Positions 9,303 to 21,285 of a stretch of DNA of 64,000 bases are shown piece by piece. The stretch comes from Candidatus Cloacimonadales bacterium (GTDB taxonomy: Bacteria; Cloacimonadota; Cloacimonadia; Cloacimonadales; DAONDQ01), in assembly GCA_963662275.1 (NCBI GenBank), contig OY759316.1, positions 1,984,001 to 2,048,000 on the forward strand, read 5' to 3'. A model generated the notes under the pieces. That model ran no database searches. It was given only the letters and a program-made list of their open reading frames with translations, and was not told the DNA's origin. A program made the position numbers and the translations under genes. Position 1 is the stretch's first letter; the number at the start of each line of letters is the position of its first letter.

Positions 9303-10058
9303 CTATTTTCTATTGATTTGTTTTATTCCCTTGCGTTCTCTCATTGACATCTTCCCATCGATAAATATATGGTGAGAGTTATGAACAAGCCGGTCAAGGA
9401 TGGCATCAGCGAGAGTGGGTTGTCCAATCTTCTCGTGCCATCCTCCGGTTTTGAACTGAGAGCACAAGACCGTAGATGCTTTGGAATACCTCATCTCGAC
9501 TATTTCAAAGAGATCTTTAGCTTCCTGTTCGTTTATCCTGGTTAACAGCCATTCATCAAGTATCAGCAGTTTAGCATTGGCATATCTGTCTATGACTCTT
9601 TGATGCCCGCCTTCACAACGACTAACAGCGAGGTCATCCAACAGTTCAGGCAGGCGGACGTATTTTACAGTGAAGTATTTCTTGCAGGCAGCTATGCCAA
9701 ATGCGCAAGCCAGCCATGTTTTACCGCTTCCCGATGCTCCGGTGATGATGATATTCTCATTCTCTCCAATAAAAGAACATGACGCCAATTCAACGATTGC
9801 ACTACGATCAAGTTTCCTGTCTTCATGGTAGTCAATATCTGCTATACTCGCATTACTGAACTTGAAGCCGGCACCGTGAATCAGACGTTTAAGCCTATTA
9901 TTCTTGCGCTTATCCCATTCTATATCAACCAGCATGCCAAAGCGCTCGTCAAAGCTGTAGTTTTCCAGTGATTTATCGTTAACCTGATTTCGGTAGGCAT
10001 CTGCCATGCCATTTAACAGCATCTCTCGAAGTTTAATGATAGTAGTATTATTAGTCAT
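9303..10058 (-). CDS. istB: IS21 helper ATPase IstB
   Basis: Walker A GASGSGKT, LLILDEW, DAILDRLVH. Confidence 0.95.
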   Translation of the reverse strand: MTNNTTIIKLREMLLNGMADAYRNQVNDKSLENYSFDERFGMLVDIEWDKRKNNRLKRLIHGAGFKFSNASIADIDYHEDRKLDRSAIVELASCSFIGENENIIITGASGSGKTWLACAFGIAACKKYFTVKYVRLPELLDDLAVSRCEGGHQRVIDRYANAKLLILDEWLLTRINEQEAKDLFEIVEMRYSKASTVLCSQFKTGGWHEKIGQPTLADAILDRLVHNSHHIFIDGKMSMRERKGIKQINRK

Positions 10059-11603
10059 TTTCGTTTCTCCCGTAGTAACCTGATTCCCGGCTGATGGCAT
10101 ACTCTGAGCTTTGCACCGCTTCAGCATCATTATCGGTGCTTCTCTTCTGTTCATTTGAGTTTAGAATAGTCTTGATGATCCTGTAACTCGGATTTGGCGT
10201 GTAGCTTAATGCTCGTTGACAGGCACTTTCCAAATTTTGACAACCATACTTTTTTGAAGCGCTTAGCACAGCCATGCAAGTGCGATAACCTTGCTGTTCA
10301 ACCCGGCATGATCCCAGGATTGACTTGATTACCAACTCAGTGCTTGTTCCAATAGTACAAGCCCAGTCAACAAAACTTTCTGCATCCCATTTACGGTATT
10401 CCTGATGATCCCTGGGCATATGCTCGGCATTGGTCTGATATCGCTCAGAGTTTCCCTCCAAGCCCCTGTGGGAGGCTATTCTGACTGAATTGTAAAAGAC
10501 CTCCACCACCCTGGCGGTTAGGCGAATATCCACTTTGTGGTGGATATATTCATAAGGCACTGAATAATACTTCTTATCAACCATAATGTGATAGTTGTAA
10601 CCAACCGTTGCTGTAGCCCATGTAGCCAGTTCATAAGCCGCCTCCGGCAAGGGAAGCAGCTGCTCTCGTTCTTCTTGCCAAAATACGCTTTCACGGGAGC
10701 CATCTTTGACCTGGAAAGGCTGAAAGGCTTACTGTTAAATTCAGCCAACTTTTCCCTGATTGCCTTATTGAGTTCTCTAAGCGAGAAGAAACTCCTGTTG
10801 CGAAGAGCAGCCAGAATCCAGGTCGAGATAATACCTACTGTCCCTTCAGCACTTGCCTTATCCTTGGGATGCCTGACCCTGGCAGGGATGACCACTGTAT
10901 TGTAGTAATTAGCCAGTTCATTATATGTCCTGTTGATTACACTGCCTCCACTGGATACCCGCTCCACACCAGTCTTGAGGTTGTCAGGTACCAGTATTTT
11001 TGCCACTCCGCTCATATATTGAAAACAGTTTACATGAGCCTGAATCCAGTTACACAGACTCATATTGGGAAGTGCTTCAACATAAGCATAGCCACTATAG
11101 GGCAAAACAGCGACAAAGACTGGAACTTTAAGCTGTGCCCCGGTAAGATTGTTTGTCAAATACGCAGATTGACCTGCCCAATCAACCTCAAGCTTCTCAC
11201 CCGGCTTGTGATGAATGCGCATGGTTGCCTTGGTTTGATGAGCATATTCCGTGTAAAGCTCGCAGAATCGACTGTATTGATAGGGTATCGTCTGATTCTG
11301 ACGGCATAACTCCGAATATTCATGCCATAACAACGACAAGGTTACACCGCTTTTACCCAATTCCTTGTGAATATGCTCAAAATCAGGCATCCTGCGACAA
11401 CCTTCGATATTTACAATGGGAAATAGCATCTTCCCCAATTCCCTGTCACTAATTGTATCAGAAATTGGCCAGAAAACAGCTTGTTGGGCTGCTGCCCTCA
11501 GCACCTTGGATACGGTATTGCGGGAGCACGGCAGGCTTTGAGCAATATTCCTTTCACTAATTCCTTGCGCCTGTAAACGCAAGATTTCTCGATAATTGGT
11601 CAT
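10051..11603 (-). pseudogene. istA: IS21 transposase IstA, frameshifted by an 8-bp tandem duplication at 10714-10729
   Basis: ORFs 10518-11603 and 10051-10650 join into a full IstA (KPFQVKDGSRESVF) if one GAAAGGCT copy is removed; collinear with the intact IstA at 60798-62342. Confidence 0.9.
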
Positions 11604-13184
11604 TTTGTGACCTCCATTGTGTTATTTGCGCTCTTCAGCGCATTGCCACATGGTTAATCACACTCTGATTTATGCAAGGTGGCTCAAAGTAGAATATTCC
11701 CTGGCTCAATTATAGTGGAGCACTGGCTCAACTTGGGAATACTCATGGCTCAAATTCATAATATTATTCAACTTGTTATGATGGATAGTGGTTATAGACC
11801 GTGTCCTCTACTTTTAACAAGTTTAGGTACTCTACGTTTCAATCCTTGTTATGATGGATAGTGGTTATAGACGCTAAGTTATTGATAGTCAAGAAGTTAG
11901 AAATGAGTTTCAATCCTTGTTATGATGGATAGTGGTTATAGACAAATGTGACCACTGAATGCTTAGCAATGTAGAAAATGTTTCAATCCTTGTTATGATG
12001 GATAGTGGTTATAGACTTCACAGGAATTTCGTATGTATGAATATTTTTAACAAGTTTCAATCCTTGTTATGATGGATAGTGGTTATAGACCCTTATCCAT
12101 TTTCTTCATACTTGCCACGTTTTCTAAGTTTCAATCCTTGTTATGATGGATAGTGGTTATAGACATTCCTTGTCACTTCTATTAGTAGCTGGTTCAAATA
12201 TGTTTCAATCCTTGTTATGATGGATAGTGGTTATAGACTCCTTGCTTTGTTTGGCAGTTTCAAGAATTGACATGTTTCAATCCTTGTTATGATGGATAGT
12301 GGTTATAGACAATACATATTTTTACTTATGAAGATTTGATAGAATGTTTCAATCCTTGTTATGATGGATAGTGGTTATAGACGGAATTAACTTCTTTATT
12401 GGCAATTCTTGAAACTGTGTTTCAATCCTTGTTATGATGGATAGTGGTTATAGACAAATGTATTCAAAGTAACACTACCAGAACTAGTGAAGTTTCAATC
12501 CTTGTTATGATGGATAGTGGTTATAGACCTTAAAAGTAAGTTGTCAACTGAATTGCAAAATCTGGTTTCAATCCTTGTTATGATGGATAGTGGTTATAGA
12601 CGGAGATGTTATGGACACTGACACTGACATTACAATGTTTCAATCCTTGTTATGATGGATAGTGGTTATAGACTTCAGTTGTGGTTCTGGAGTTACCATA
12701 ATTGAAAGAAGTTTCAATCCTTGTTATGATGGATAGTGGTTATAGACGCTTCATTCTCTGAGGGAGTTTGATGCAGAATACCGGTTTCAATCCTTGTTAT
12801 GATGGATAGTGGTTATAGACGAAATCAGTTGCATGTTCGAGCAGGGTATTGACATGTTTCAATCCTTGTTATGATGGATAGTGGTTATAGACACGCTAAT
12901 ACATAGACGGCAAATGATCCTGTGATTAGTTTCAATCCTTGTTATGATGGATAGTGGTTATAGACTTCATTCCACACCAACTACAATCATCGTTACAAAC
13001 ATGTTTCAATCCTTGTTATGATGGATAGTGGTTATAGACTTACGATTGGAATGACATTGGCTATATAAGAGGTCAGTTTCAATCCTTGTTATGATGGATA
13101 GTGGTTATAGACAGGAATAAATCCGATAATGGTTATATATCAGGAAGGTTTCAATCCTTGTTATGATGGATAGTGGTTATAGAC

Positions 13185-13400
13185 TCGTCTGGATGCTCAA
13201 ACACAAGTAAGACAAGCAATTGTCTTCAAAACTCAGAAGAGGATAACACGAGTAAATAACCAAAAATAGCATAAAAACTCCTTATTTTCTTTGTATCGGA
13301 CATATTTTAACACTCTATATACCAGTCAAATAACAAATCATTTCAAATAAAGTCAATAAATATCTCTCGGAAAATAAACTCGAATTCCCTAAGATTGGAA
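13185..13400 (-). promoter_or_regulatory. CRISPR leader
   Basis: AT-rich non-coding stretch between the cas4 side and the first repeat, in the orientation implied by the ATTGAAAC repeat end. Confidence 0.65.
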
Positions 13401-13413
13401 TCTTAGACCACGA

Positions 13414-13530
13414 TATAGCAGGAACGGCGTCCTACTCTATGCAGATAGCAGGAACGGCGTCCTACTCTACGCAGATAGCAAGAACGGCGTCCTACTCTAC
13501 GCAGATAGCAAGAACGGCGTCTTGCTTTAC
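13414..13530 (-). repeat. 4 x 30-bp tandem GTAG-REP (GTAGAGTAGGACGCCGTTCCTGCTATCTGC)
   Basis: Tandem hairpin units immediately after the cas4 stop. Confidence 0.85.
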
Positions 13531-13531
13531 A

Positions 13532-14125
13532 TTACTTATCGCATAGATTGCGATAACAGCAATCCTGGCAGCGGACTTTACTTGTGGAAGCACCCGGATA
13601 CCAGGCATAGTTAATGATCCGAAAGACATCATCTACTATCTTCAACGTCTGTTTCTTAAGTTTATCTGTGATCTTTAATTCTTCCAGATGATTATTACTG
13701 CGAATATAGACGATATAGGCTTTTTCCACTTTTTTACTGAACATCTCTTCTGCAAGCAGGGCATACATAGTCTGTTGGATTCTGAATGTGGAGAATATCT
13801 TGTCTTTCCATTCTGCATATTTATAATCCAATATCGCAGCATTTCCATCAGCAAGGAAAAGCACTTCATCAGCTATACCAACCATTTTCAATTTCTCAGA
13901 ACTCATATAGACATTCAGTTCTTTTCCGATACTTCCAATTTTCTGACGAAGGTAATCTTTATTGGTCACCAGTTTTCTTTCATGCAGAGTCCGTCCTTTT
14001 TGAACAAGGGTTCTTCTTTGTTCATGTTGGTCAATTTTCAAGACGTTCAGGTAGTAGGTGAACCTCGGACAGAAAAGGTATTCTATCACATCAGAGGGGG
14101 TGATGAAGGTGAAAAGTTCAGACAT
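13532..14125 (-). CDS. cas4: CRISPR-associated exonuclease Cas4
   Basis: YLFCPR, G.ADEV...DYK, C-terminal C..C.Y...C Fe-S cysteines. Confidence 0.93.
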   Translation of the reverse strand: MSELFTFITPSDVIEYLFCPRFTYYLNVLKIDQHEQRRTLVQKGRTLHERKLVTNKDYLRQKIGSIGKELNVYMSSEKLKMVGIADEVLFLADGNAAILDYKYAEWKDKIFSTFRIQQTMYALLAEEMFSKKVEKAYIVYIRSNNHLEELKITDKLKKQTLKIVDDVFRIINYAWYPGASTSKVRCQDCCYRNLCDK

Positions 14126-14185
14126 TGTAAACCTTCATTCTGAGAGGATAAACACATGGGTTTATCCCTACATTGATAACATTAT

Positions 14186-14479
<294 letters not shown>

Positions 14480-14611
14480 CTATCCTTCTTTTAAATCTTC
14501 CATCTTATATTCTCATGGCTATCTCCGGTACATTTCGATACGATTTCTCCTTCGTCGAAATCACTCAATGAACCTTCTTCTCTGCAATTTTTCATTTTTA
14601 ATTCTTAATTT

Positions 14612-15595
14612 TTAATTCTCTAAGTCTTCCCTTTTTCCAATGAGCGTATTCGCGAAGGCATGAGCGCTAGCCTGGACGGATTGAATTCTTTTCATATTCT
14701 TATTACCCACACGAATGATCTCATCAAAGTACTCCATCAATGCTGGTACTAATAGTTTCTTGCCACTGTCATTCAGTGTAACTCCGTTATTGATTGTTTC
14801 GATGTTCTCATCTGTTACTTTATGACGTGAAAACAAATAGAATACAGGTTCTTCAATAATTATCCGAAATGGTTCGATGAAATCATAGACGAGAGAGACT
14901 TTGTTGTAGTTGTCCGTATGCAGGAATCCGATATAAGGGTCTAATCCTGCTATGATAAGAGCTTTCTCCACTTTCCCATACAAGATGCCATACCCGTAAT
15001 TCAGGAAAGCGTTAAACGCATCTTTTGCAGGGCGGGAACTCCTCCCCTCAAACTGATACTTATCAGGTATTAATTGAGATAAGCATTTGAAGTATGTCTT
15101 TCCGGCATTTCCTTCATATCCCATTAAGGTCGGTCCAATCAATTCAGGACATCCTTTCAATTCGCCAATCTTATTTCCGAAATCCCGGATACTGGTAATT
15201 TCTTTCTCCAAATCCACTTCACTTCGCTTGGAAACGAGTTTTGCTATTAAGGAAGCCTGATTCCTTACTTTTGAAGAAACCCATTTCTTAACAAACTCTG
15301 CCCCAGCATCAGTAACACTGATTTCCAGAAGCTTACGTCTAATGAAAGTTGTACTACCTAATTTAGGAAACCACACCCTGCCATAGGGATTACCAAATTC
15401 ATCAAGGAACAGAATATCAATGTTATGATCCATCGCCAGCTTGATCACATCCGAAGTAATCATGACGCCGTTGCAGATAATGATGGAACTGACCTTTTCC
15501 GGTGATATCTTCTTCTTATCATTCCCATTCTGTATTTCAAACATGTCTGCTGTCTTATGCAGCATTGTTCCGTAGGTGGTGATGTAGAGTTCCAT
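14612..15595 (-). CDS. cas1: CRISPR-associated endonuclease Cas1
   Basis: MGYEG.A...YF, FNAFLNYGYGILY, GLDPYIGFLH, SLVYDFIEPFR; TAATG overlap with the cas3 stop. Confidence 0.96.
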   Translation of the reverse strand: MELYITTYGTMLHKTADMFEIQNGNDKKKISPEKVSSIIICNGVMITSDVIKLAMDHNIDILFLDEFGNPYGRVWFPKLGSTTFIRRKLLEISVTDAGAEFVKKWVSSKVRNQASLIAKLVSKRSEVDLEKEITSIRDFGNKIGELKGCPELIGPTLMGYEGNAGKTYFKCLSQLIPDKYQFEGRSSRPAKDAFNAFLNYGYGILYGKVEKALIIAGLDPYIGFLHTDNYNKVSLVYDFIEPFRIIIEEPVFYLFSRHKVTDENIETINNGVTLNDSGKKLLVPALMEYFDEIIRVGNKNMKRIQSVQASAHAFANTLIGKREDLEN

Positions 15596-17916
15596 TAAAA
15601 ACAGCAATCCTCATATTTGGGTTCAGTATAATAACCGGTATCTTTATCATATTGTGGTGAGAGAGTATATTGATCTATAATCTGTAAATCCGATTCTGAA
15701 TCTTGCTTACCTGATTTTGTATGAACAAGAACAATATACTGGCTCATTTCTGACCAAATCAGTTTCAGTTTTCTCTTCTTTTCAAACCTATCGAGAATAT
15801 CATTTCTCTTCAGATCATAATATCTTTGAAGAATACTGGATGCTTCATCATCAAATTCAATAAACACTGGCACCTTGGGCAATTCTTTAATCAGTTCAAA
15901 CGCATATTGGTTTTTACCAGTGCCTAAATGAAAAGCCTGATGATATTGCAGTTTCTCGATAAACTTAATTAATTCCTTTGAATCCTGATTATTCTTTCTT
16001 TCCATCAAAGTAGAATAGTATTGATGTGATAGCTCATAAAAAGAGGATTCCCGAATTACTTCTTCAATGGGAACAATCTTCTTTGTACAATCAATTAAGA
16101 CTGTATCATAGATATAACTCCAATAGTATTTGTTCTTATCATCGTGCAATTCCCACAATTCAACGATACCATTGCTCGACATTTCGTTTCTTTTACATCT
16201 GCCGGCAGCTTGAAAGATCGCATCCAAAGGAGCCATATCACGATAGACGATATCTAAATCAATATCAACACCAGCTTCCACAAGCTGAGTTGAAACAACG
16301 ATCTTACCTTTGTTTGATTCTTTTATTTCCCTGATTCTTTCCAGTCTGTGTTTTGGAATGATATTCGTCGATAAATAGACCAAATCAGCTTGAGGAATTT
16401 GTTCATTAATTGCATGATAGACATGTAGTGATGATTTAATTGTATTTAGGATGATAAGCCTGCTTTTATCAGGTTCAGCTTTAATCTGATCAACCAGGAA
16501 TTTAATGAAACTATCTATGCTTGATGGATTCTTCCTAATTAAGGAAATCCGATTCATCTCATGGAAATACTCTTTTTTATGAGTTGCCAACTCTGTAATT
16601 TCATTCTTTTCCTCTGAAAAAATCAACGGCATGGTTGCAGTACAGAGAATGAAATGAATATCAAGCATCTCAGCCATTTTAGTGAATTGTGTATTTATCA
16701 AAGCCCAATATTTGAAATCAATTGTCTGAACTTCATCCAGGATTATTATGGAATGAGCCAAAGTAAACATTCGTTTCAGCATGGAGTTCTGATTGGTAAA
16801 GATACAATATAGCAACTGGTAAAAAGTAGTAATGATCATTTCACTTTGCCAGGTTTCAATAGGAAATAGCATATCGTTACCTGCATCATCTTCATCAATC
16901 ATATCTCTCAAGCTATTATGATGATGTATGAGGAGATTCCCAAGGTTCTGATCAATATTATTTTCTTCCAGTATCTTCTTCATAACATCAGCATTCTGAT
17001 CAATAATGGAAGTAAATGGCAAAGCATAGATAATTCTCTTCTTTTGTTTATACCTGTCACGTAAAATCATAGCCGCTTGCAAAGCTGTAAGGGTCTTACC
17101 GCTACCAGTTGGTAAATTGATGGAGAGAATCCTTGAACCGCTCTTAGTCACAGAGTTGATAACATCCAAATATACTCTTTCACGGAGTTCATTGATTCTT
17201 GCAGATTGAGTCAGACTCTTTTTGAATTCCGGTATGAATTCTTTGTTCCATTGAATCTCCACATGATCATCATCCGTTCTCATATAAATAGCAGAATTCT
17301 TATCTGCATAAATCAGGATTGAGAAAAGATAATTTAATACTTGAAAGTCATTCGGTTGAATCATCTGCTTCCATTTAATCAAAGAAATTCCTGAAAAACT
17401 GCTATCCTTGAATTGAAGCTTCTCTTCCAGATTAGCGGCTGTAAAGTATTCAGGTGAAATCAATAATCTGAAAATAGGTTCAAGTGAAATGTAATCAATG
17501 TTTTGGTTAATTTCACTTAGCTGATGCATTTCTAAATATCGAACACCAATTTCATTGAAATCAATTAAATCCTTATGATGGGATTTGACGATGATATATC
17601 CATAATATGCTTGAATATCACTTACTTTCAAAATATCCCGTAGATAATGGAAAACCAATAAGGCACTCAGTTCAGCATGGTTTTTTAATTCTGTATTATG
17701 CTTATCCGGCTCACGTATGTATCTTTGAAAGAAGATAGAGGCTTTTCCGAAATCATGCAGTAACAGTGCTGCTTCCAAGATTGGACGATATTCAGGGAAT
17801 AATCCATTCTGATCAAATATGTTCAATCCAGTTTGTTGAACTGTTATTAAGTGATCACAAAGTAACACTTCAGGATGAGAAAGCAACTTATAACCAGCAG
17901 ATTTTATCTGTTCCAT
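15595..17916 (-). CDS. cas3: CRISPR-associated helicase/nuclease Cas3
   Basis: HD domain (HDFGK, HAELSA), PTGSGKT, DEVQ, STQLVEAGVDID, QAAGRC; start position approximate. Confidence 0.95.
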   Translation of the reverse strand: MEQIKSAGYKLLSHPEVLLCDHLITVQQTGLNIFDQNGLFPEYRPILEAALLLHDFGKASIFFQRYIREPDKHNTELKNHAELSALLVFHYLRDILKVSDIQAYYGYIIVKSHHKDLIDFNEIGVRYLEMHQLSEINQNIDYISLEPIFRLLISPEYFTAANLEEKLQFKDSSFSGISLIKWKQMIQPNDFQVLNYLFSILIYADKNSAIYMRTDDDHVEIQWNKEFIPEFKKSLTQSARINELRERVYLDVINSVTKSGSRILSINLPTGSGKTLTALQAAMILRDRYKQKKRIIYALPFTSIIDQNADVMKKILEENNIDQNLGNLLIHHHNSLRDMIDEDDAGNDMLFPIETWQSEMIITTFYQLLYCIFTNQNSMLKRMFTLAHSIIILDEVQTIDFKYWALINTQFTKMAEMLDIHFILCTATMPLIFSEEKNEITELATHKKEYFHEMNRISLIRKNPSSIDSFIKFLVDQIKAEPDKSRLIILNTIKSSLHVYHAINEQIPQADLVYLSTNIIPKHRLERIREIKESNKGKIVVSTQLVEAGVDIDLDIVYRDMAPLDAIFQAAGRCKRNEMSSNGIVELWELHDDKNKYYWSYIYDTVLIDCTKKIVPIEEVIRESSFYELSHQYYSTLMERKNNQDSKELIKFIEKLQYHQAFHLGTGKNQYAFELIKELPKVPVFIEFDDEASSILQRYYDLKRNDILDRFEKKRKLKLIWSEMSQYIVLVHTKSGKQDSESDLQIIDQYTLSPQYDKDTGYYTEPKYEDCCF

Positions 17917-18598
17917 CTTCTGCAATCCAATATTCTTTTGGAATTACTTTCATCTTCTTTCCTGAGCTTTCAAAGATGTATTGCTCATATTGGAAGGTTT
18001 CCCTGTCATTTTTCATTGCTCTGGGTAGTAATGTCCTGAATATTTGAATATTACTCCCAAAATCAATATCAATCACGTCATTATCTTTGATTGCTGTTTT
18101 GATAAAATGCCATTCCTTATTCTCTGAAACCGATGAATATTCAATTTCTTTTATGTAGGAAAAATTAGCAAGACAGTTACTGATTCCGAGGCATATCGTA
18201 TATTGGCTTTTATGTTCTTTCAAATGAGATAAAAGCTTCTGATATATGCCATCATCATTATGTGAAAAATAAATTCGATATTTTGGACATTTCAGATATT
18301 CCACATGGGTAGGTTTATGCTCTTTAAAACGTGAGAACTGAGACATACCTCCACTTGTTTTTAGATTATTGACGGGTATCTTCACATTCCTGCTTTGCTG
18401 TAATATCTGAATGCCAATATATGAAATTTCGGGAGAGAATTTCTCAGGGTTCTCTGCTTTATCAATGCCGATGATACCTCCTATGATTCCGGCAATAACT
18501 GTCCTGGGAGGTATCTGATAGGTAAGTGGTGACATATTGGTATAGAATTTCCTAAACTGGGCATAATCTGCCCATATATCAAATTCGAGTACCTTCAT
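17888..18598 (-). CDS. cas5: Type I-B Cas5 (Cas5b/Cas5h)
   Basis: FDIWADYAQFRK.YT..SPLTY.IPPRT.IAGIIG. Confidence 0.92.
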   Translation of the reverse strand: MKVLEFDIWADYAQFRKFYTNMSPLTYQIPPRTVIAGIIGGIIGIDKAENPEKFSPEISYIGIQILQQSRNVKIPVNNLKTSGGMSQFSRFKEHKPTHVEYLKCPKYRIYFSHNDDGIYQKLLSHLKEHKSQYTICLGISNCLANFSYIKEIEYSSVSENKEWHFIKTAIKDNDVIDIDFGSNIQIFRTLLPRAMKNDRETFQYEQYIFESSGKKMKVIPKEYWIAEDGTDKICWL

Positions 18599-18619
18599 CT
18601 TAGCCTCAATGTTTAATAA

Positions 18620-19549
18620 TTATAGTATCCATTCCTTATTCAGATTTTTTACAGAATCCAAACCAATGTATTTTAATCTGGAATCAGCAATGATACGAAC
18701 ATCTTGTATATGATCCTGGTTTTTGATAAGCACTTTTCCTAATTCAGATAAATTAAGTATTACTTCTCCGATATCTCTCAATTGCTCATCAGAGATTGTT
18801 TTATCCAAAGACACATATTTATCCAATTCACCAATAAAGAATGATGGATCTTTGTAGGTAACTACCAAAAGCAATCTTGGCTGATGTTCCATTTTAGAAC
18901 GTGTGATCAAATTCTTGGTTCCATACCACATACTCTTGTACAGCAACTTTACATCAGCTTCAGTCAATTTAGTTTTCTCTGCAGCATTCTCATTAACAAC
19001 ACCATAAAAAGCAATGAGAGAATAAGGAAGGATATGCTCTTCACGGAATGTCTTATTTTCTTTTCCAGCCTGTGATGCAAAAGCTCCAGTACCCTTAATA
19101 AACATTGGCTTTACTTTATGAAGTGAATGACCCATTTTGAATTGCACTGGACCAGTAAATGTTAGAGAGTCCTTTTCTATTGGGAGTACACCTCCAAATA
19201 AACGTATATCTATACAGGAATTTAAAACATTATCTGCATCATTACTAAAGCAACCGGTTCTTTGCTTTCCATCCATAATACCAAGTTTCCCATTTTCTTT
19301 TGCCTTCTTAGCAGGATCAGGCAAAGCTTCCATTTCTCGGACAAAAATGTCTTTCTCTTTTGTATTGTGTCCTTCAAAATTGAACAAATAATCACGTATA
19401 GTTCTTTTCAGACGAACATCGGTTACAATATTAATACCCGTTTCGTTATCAATTCGTGGCATATTTCCATCAGCAGGATCACCATTGGGATTGGCATTAG
19501 TGACATCATACAGAAAGAGGATTTCACTGCGATTGAGAGACATCTTCAT
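18620..19549 (-). CDS. cas7: Type I-B Cas7 (Csh2)
   Basis: NRSEILFLYDV.NANPNGDP..GNMPRID, VTDVRLKRTIRDY, IDIRLFG, TGPVQF. Confidence 0.94.
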   Translation of the reverse strand: MKMSLNRSEILFLYDVTNANPNGDPADGNMPRIDNETGINIVTDVRLKRTIRDYLFNFEGHNTKEKDIFVREMEALPDPAKKAKENGKLGIMDGKQRTGCFSNDADNVLNSCIDIRLFGGVLPIEKDSLTFTGPVQFKMGHSLHKVKPMFIKGTGAFASQAGKENKTFREEHILPYSLIAFYGVVNENAAEKTKLTEADVKLLYKSMWYGTKNLITRSKMEHQPRLLLVVTYKDPSFFIGELDKYVSLDKTISDEQLRDIGEVILNLSELGKVLIKNQDHIQDVRIIADSRLKYIGLDSVKNLNKEWIL

Positions 19550-20142
19550 TCTCCTTTTTTTCTTTGAATTGTTTATTAAGTGTCATACCGAGAGTAAAAT
19601 TAAAGCTAATATCATCATTAGGCATCTTACTGAAATCAGACTCAATAAACAATGACGCGATATTGCTTTCCAAATCTCGATAGTAATTCTTATCATACTG
19701 ATTCAATTTTTCTACTATTTCAGTATAAAGCCTTTGTACCATTTGCGGATTTAACTTCATATTGTTCAGCTTTGAACGAAATGGAGTAGAATCTGTTTGT
19801 TGCTTTGTGATATCCATCAGGTGTTGGCATAACATAATAAGCATTTCCCATCATAGACATGATTGGATATGCTGTTGAACAAGCTCAAGTAGCAGGGTGA
19901 TTTTGAATATGTATTTGGAAATTGCTTTTTGAAGATTTCTTGGGTTGAATTGGATTTTTACAATTTTAGCAGAGTCTTTTCCAATGGAAGAGATGATTTT
20001 CTTTTCAGAAGTTATCAAATCACTTTGAGATCAGACTTTTTGTGTATGGGCTGATATTGTTTTCAAGTATTTTAGCAAATTGCCTGTAATATTTCGGTTG
20101 TTTCTATAATTTAGGCAAGACAATCCCGTCGGTAAAATTAAC

Positions 20143-21285
20143 TTACAGTTTACCGCCATCAAAGCAATTTGCCAAAAACAACAGCGACCAAGGCGGTGAT
20201 CTTGGTTTTCCGGTAATTGAAGCATGCTGTGTCATCTTTGATTTGCAATTAGGGCAGAGGTCTTTTTCAAATTTGGGAATTACAAAAGTTTTAGCTGTCT
20301 GATTCTTGTCATTAGAATCGGACTTTGCTGGGAAAAAGCTGTTGACCATCTCCCAGACAGATTTTGCCGCCGGACTGAGAAATCCGTAGTATCTGATTTT
20401 CTGAAATCCCTGCGGCAGAACATGCATCAGGAACTTATTGATAAACTCCACGGAGTCGACGCTTTTAAAGGCGAATTTAGCTGAACCTGCCGGCTTGTAT
20501 TTAAAGGTTACCAGCCCGTCCTTTTCCCAAAGGATGCGATTGTTGGTGATGGCGGTCCGATACACATAATTGGCCAAATAAGTCAGAGCCTCCCGACCTT
20601 TTCCGACGGGTCGGGAGTCTGTGACAAACTCTTTTTGCTGCCAGACTAGCGGGGATATCCGACCAAACAGATGCTGATTTTCCAGTCGAAGCAAATCACG
20701 GAATTTTGCCCGGTAAATCACCGAAAGAGCTTTGACCGGAATCAGGAACTTATTGCCTGCTTTTTGCCATTCCTTTCGTTCTTTATTCCAAGCTCCGCCG
20801 GGGACTATATAATGAATATGAGGATGATATTCAAGCTGCCTTGTCCAGGTATGAAGTACCCCGGTAAAGCCTGAAACGCCACCGGCATATTTGGGATCTG
20901 AAAGCAATGTCTTTAAGGCTTCAGATGATGCTTTGAACTGAAGATCATAAAGCAGTTTCTGATTTGACAGGCATGTTTTGTGCAGTTCCCGGGGTATGGT
21001 GAAAGTTACCATGAAGTACTTAACCGGCAGCAGTTTGGCAAGCTGCTTTTCCAGCCATTTCGCTGAATCATTACGGCCACACTTCGGGCAGTGACGGTTT
21101 TTGCAGGAATGATAGGAATAATGCAGTTCCGCACATTCCTGGCATAAATAGACTTCTCCGCCCAGTTCAGGTGTCCGGCAAAGGAGAATATCTCTGATCG
21201 CTCTTAAATGGCTTTCCGGTGACTGGTTTCCATATTTTTCCAGATACTCGGACAGGTTGTTTTTGAGAATCCTGCTAAAATCCAT
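20143..21285 (-). CDS. IS91-family (Y2 HUH) transposase with N-terminal Zn finger
   Basis: CQEC...SCKNRHCPKC, FMVTFTIP, LHTW...HPHIH, YLANY, HVLPQGFQKIRYYG. Confidence 0.93.
   Translation of the reverse strand: MDFSRILKNNLSEYLEKYGNQSPESHLRAIRDILLCRTPELGGEVYLCQECAELHYSYHSCKNRHCPKCGRNDSAKWLEKQLAKLLPVKYFMVTFTIPRELHKTCLSNQKLLYDLQFKASSEALKTLLSDPKYAGGVSGFTGVLHTWTRQLEYHPHIHYIVPGGAWNKERKEWQKAGNKFLIPVKALSVIYRAKFRDLLRLENQHLFGRISPLVWQQKEFVTDSRPVGKGREALTYLANYVYRTAITNNRILWEKDGLVTFKYKPAGSAKFAFKSVDSVEFINKFLMHVLPQGFQKIRYYGFLSPAAKSVWEMVNSFFPAKSDSNDKNQTAKTFVIPKFEKDLCPNCKSKMTQHASITGKPRSPPWSLLFLANCFDGGKL

Larger units (their letters stand above)
9081..11770 (-). mobile_element. IS21-family element inserted in a CRISPR repeat
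   Basis: TG...CA ends (TGCATATTCC / TGAATAATAT); multiple subterminal TGAGCCA repeats; istA+istB; CTTGT duplicated in the flanks, with one extra A on the right. Confidence 0.95.
8919..13184 (-). CRISPR. CRISPR array: 22 repeats (37 bp; GTCTATAACCACTATCCATCATAACAAGGATTGAAAC on the minus strand) and 21 spacers of 34-38 bp; the third repeat is split by an IS21
   Basis: Identical repeats at 8919, 8994, 9067 (split, completed at 11772-11799), then 11836 to 13148; 3' ATTGAAAC end; AT-rich leader towards cas4. Confidence 0.98.

Noticed and set aside
19524..19844. Separate small Cascade subunit gene
   Set aside because: It is the C-terminal fragment of cas8b, and its apparent start lies inside the inserted element. 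An internal Cas11-type start cannot be excluded but is not supported here.
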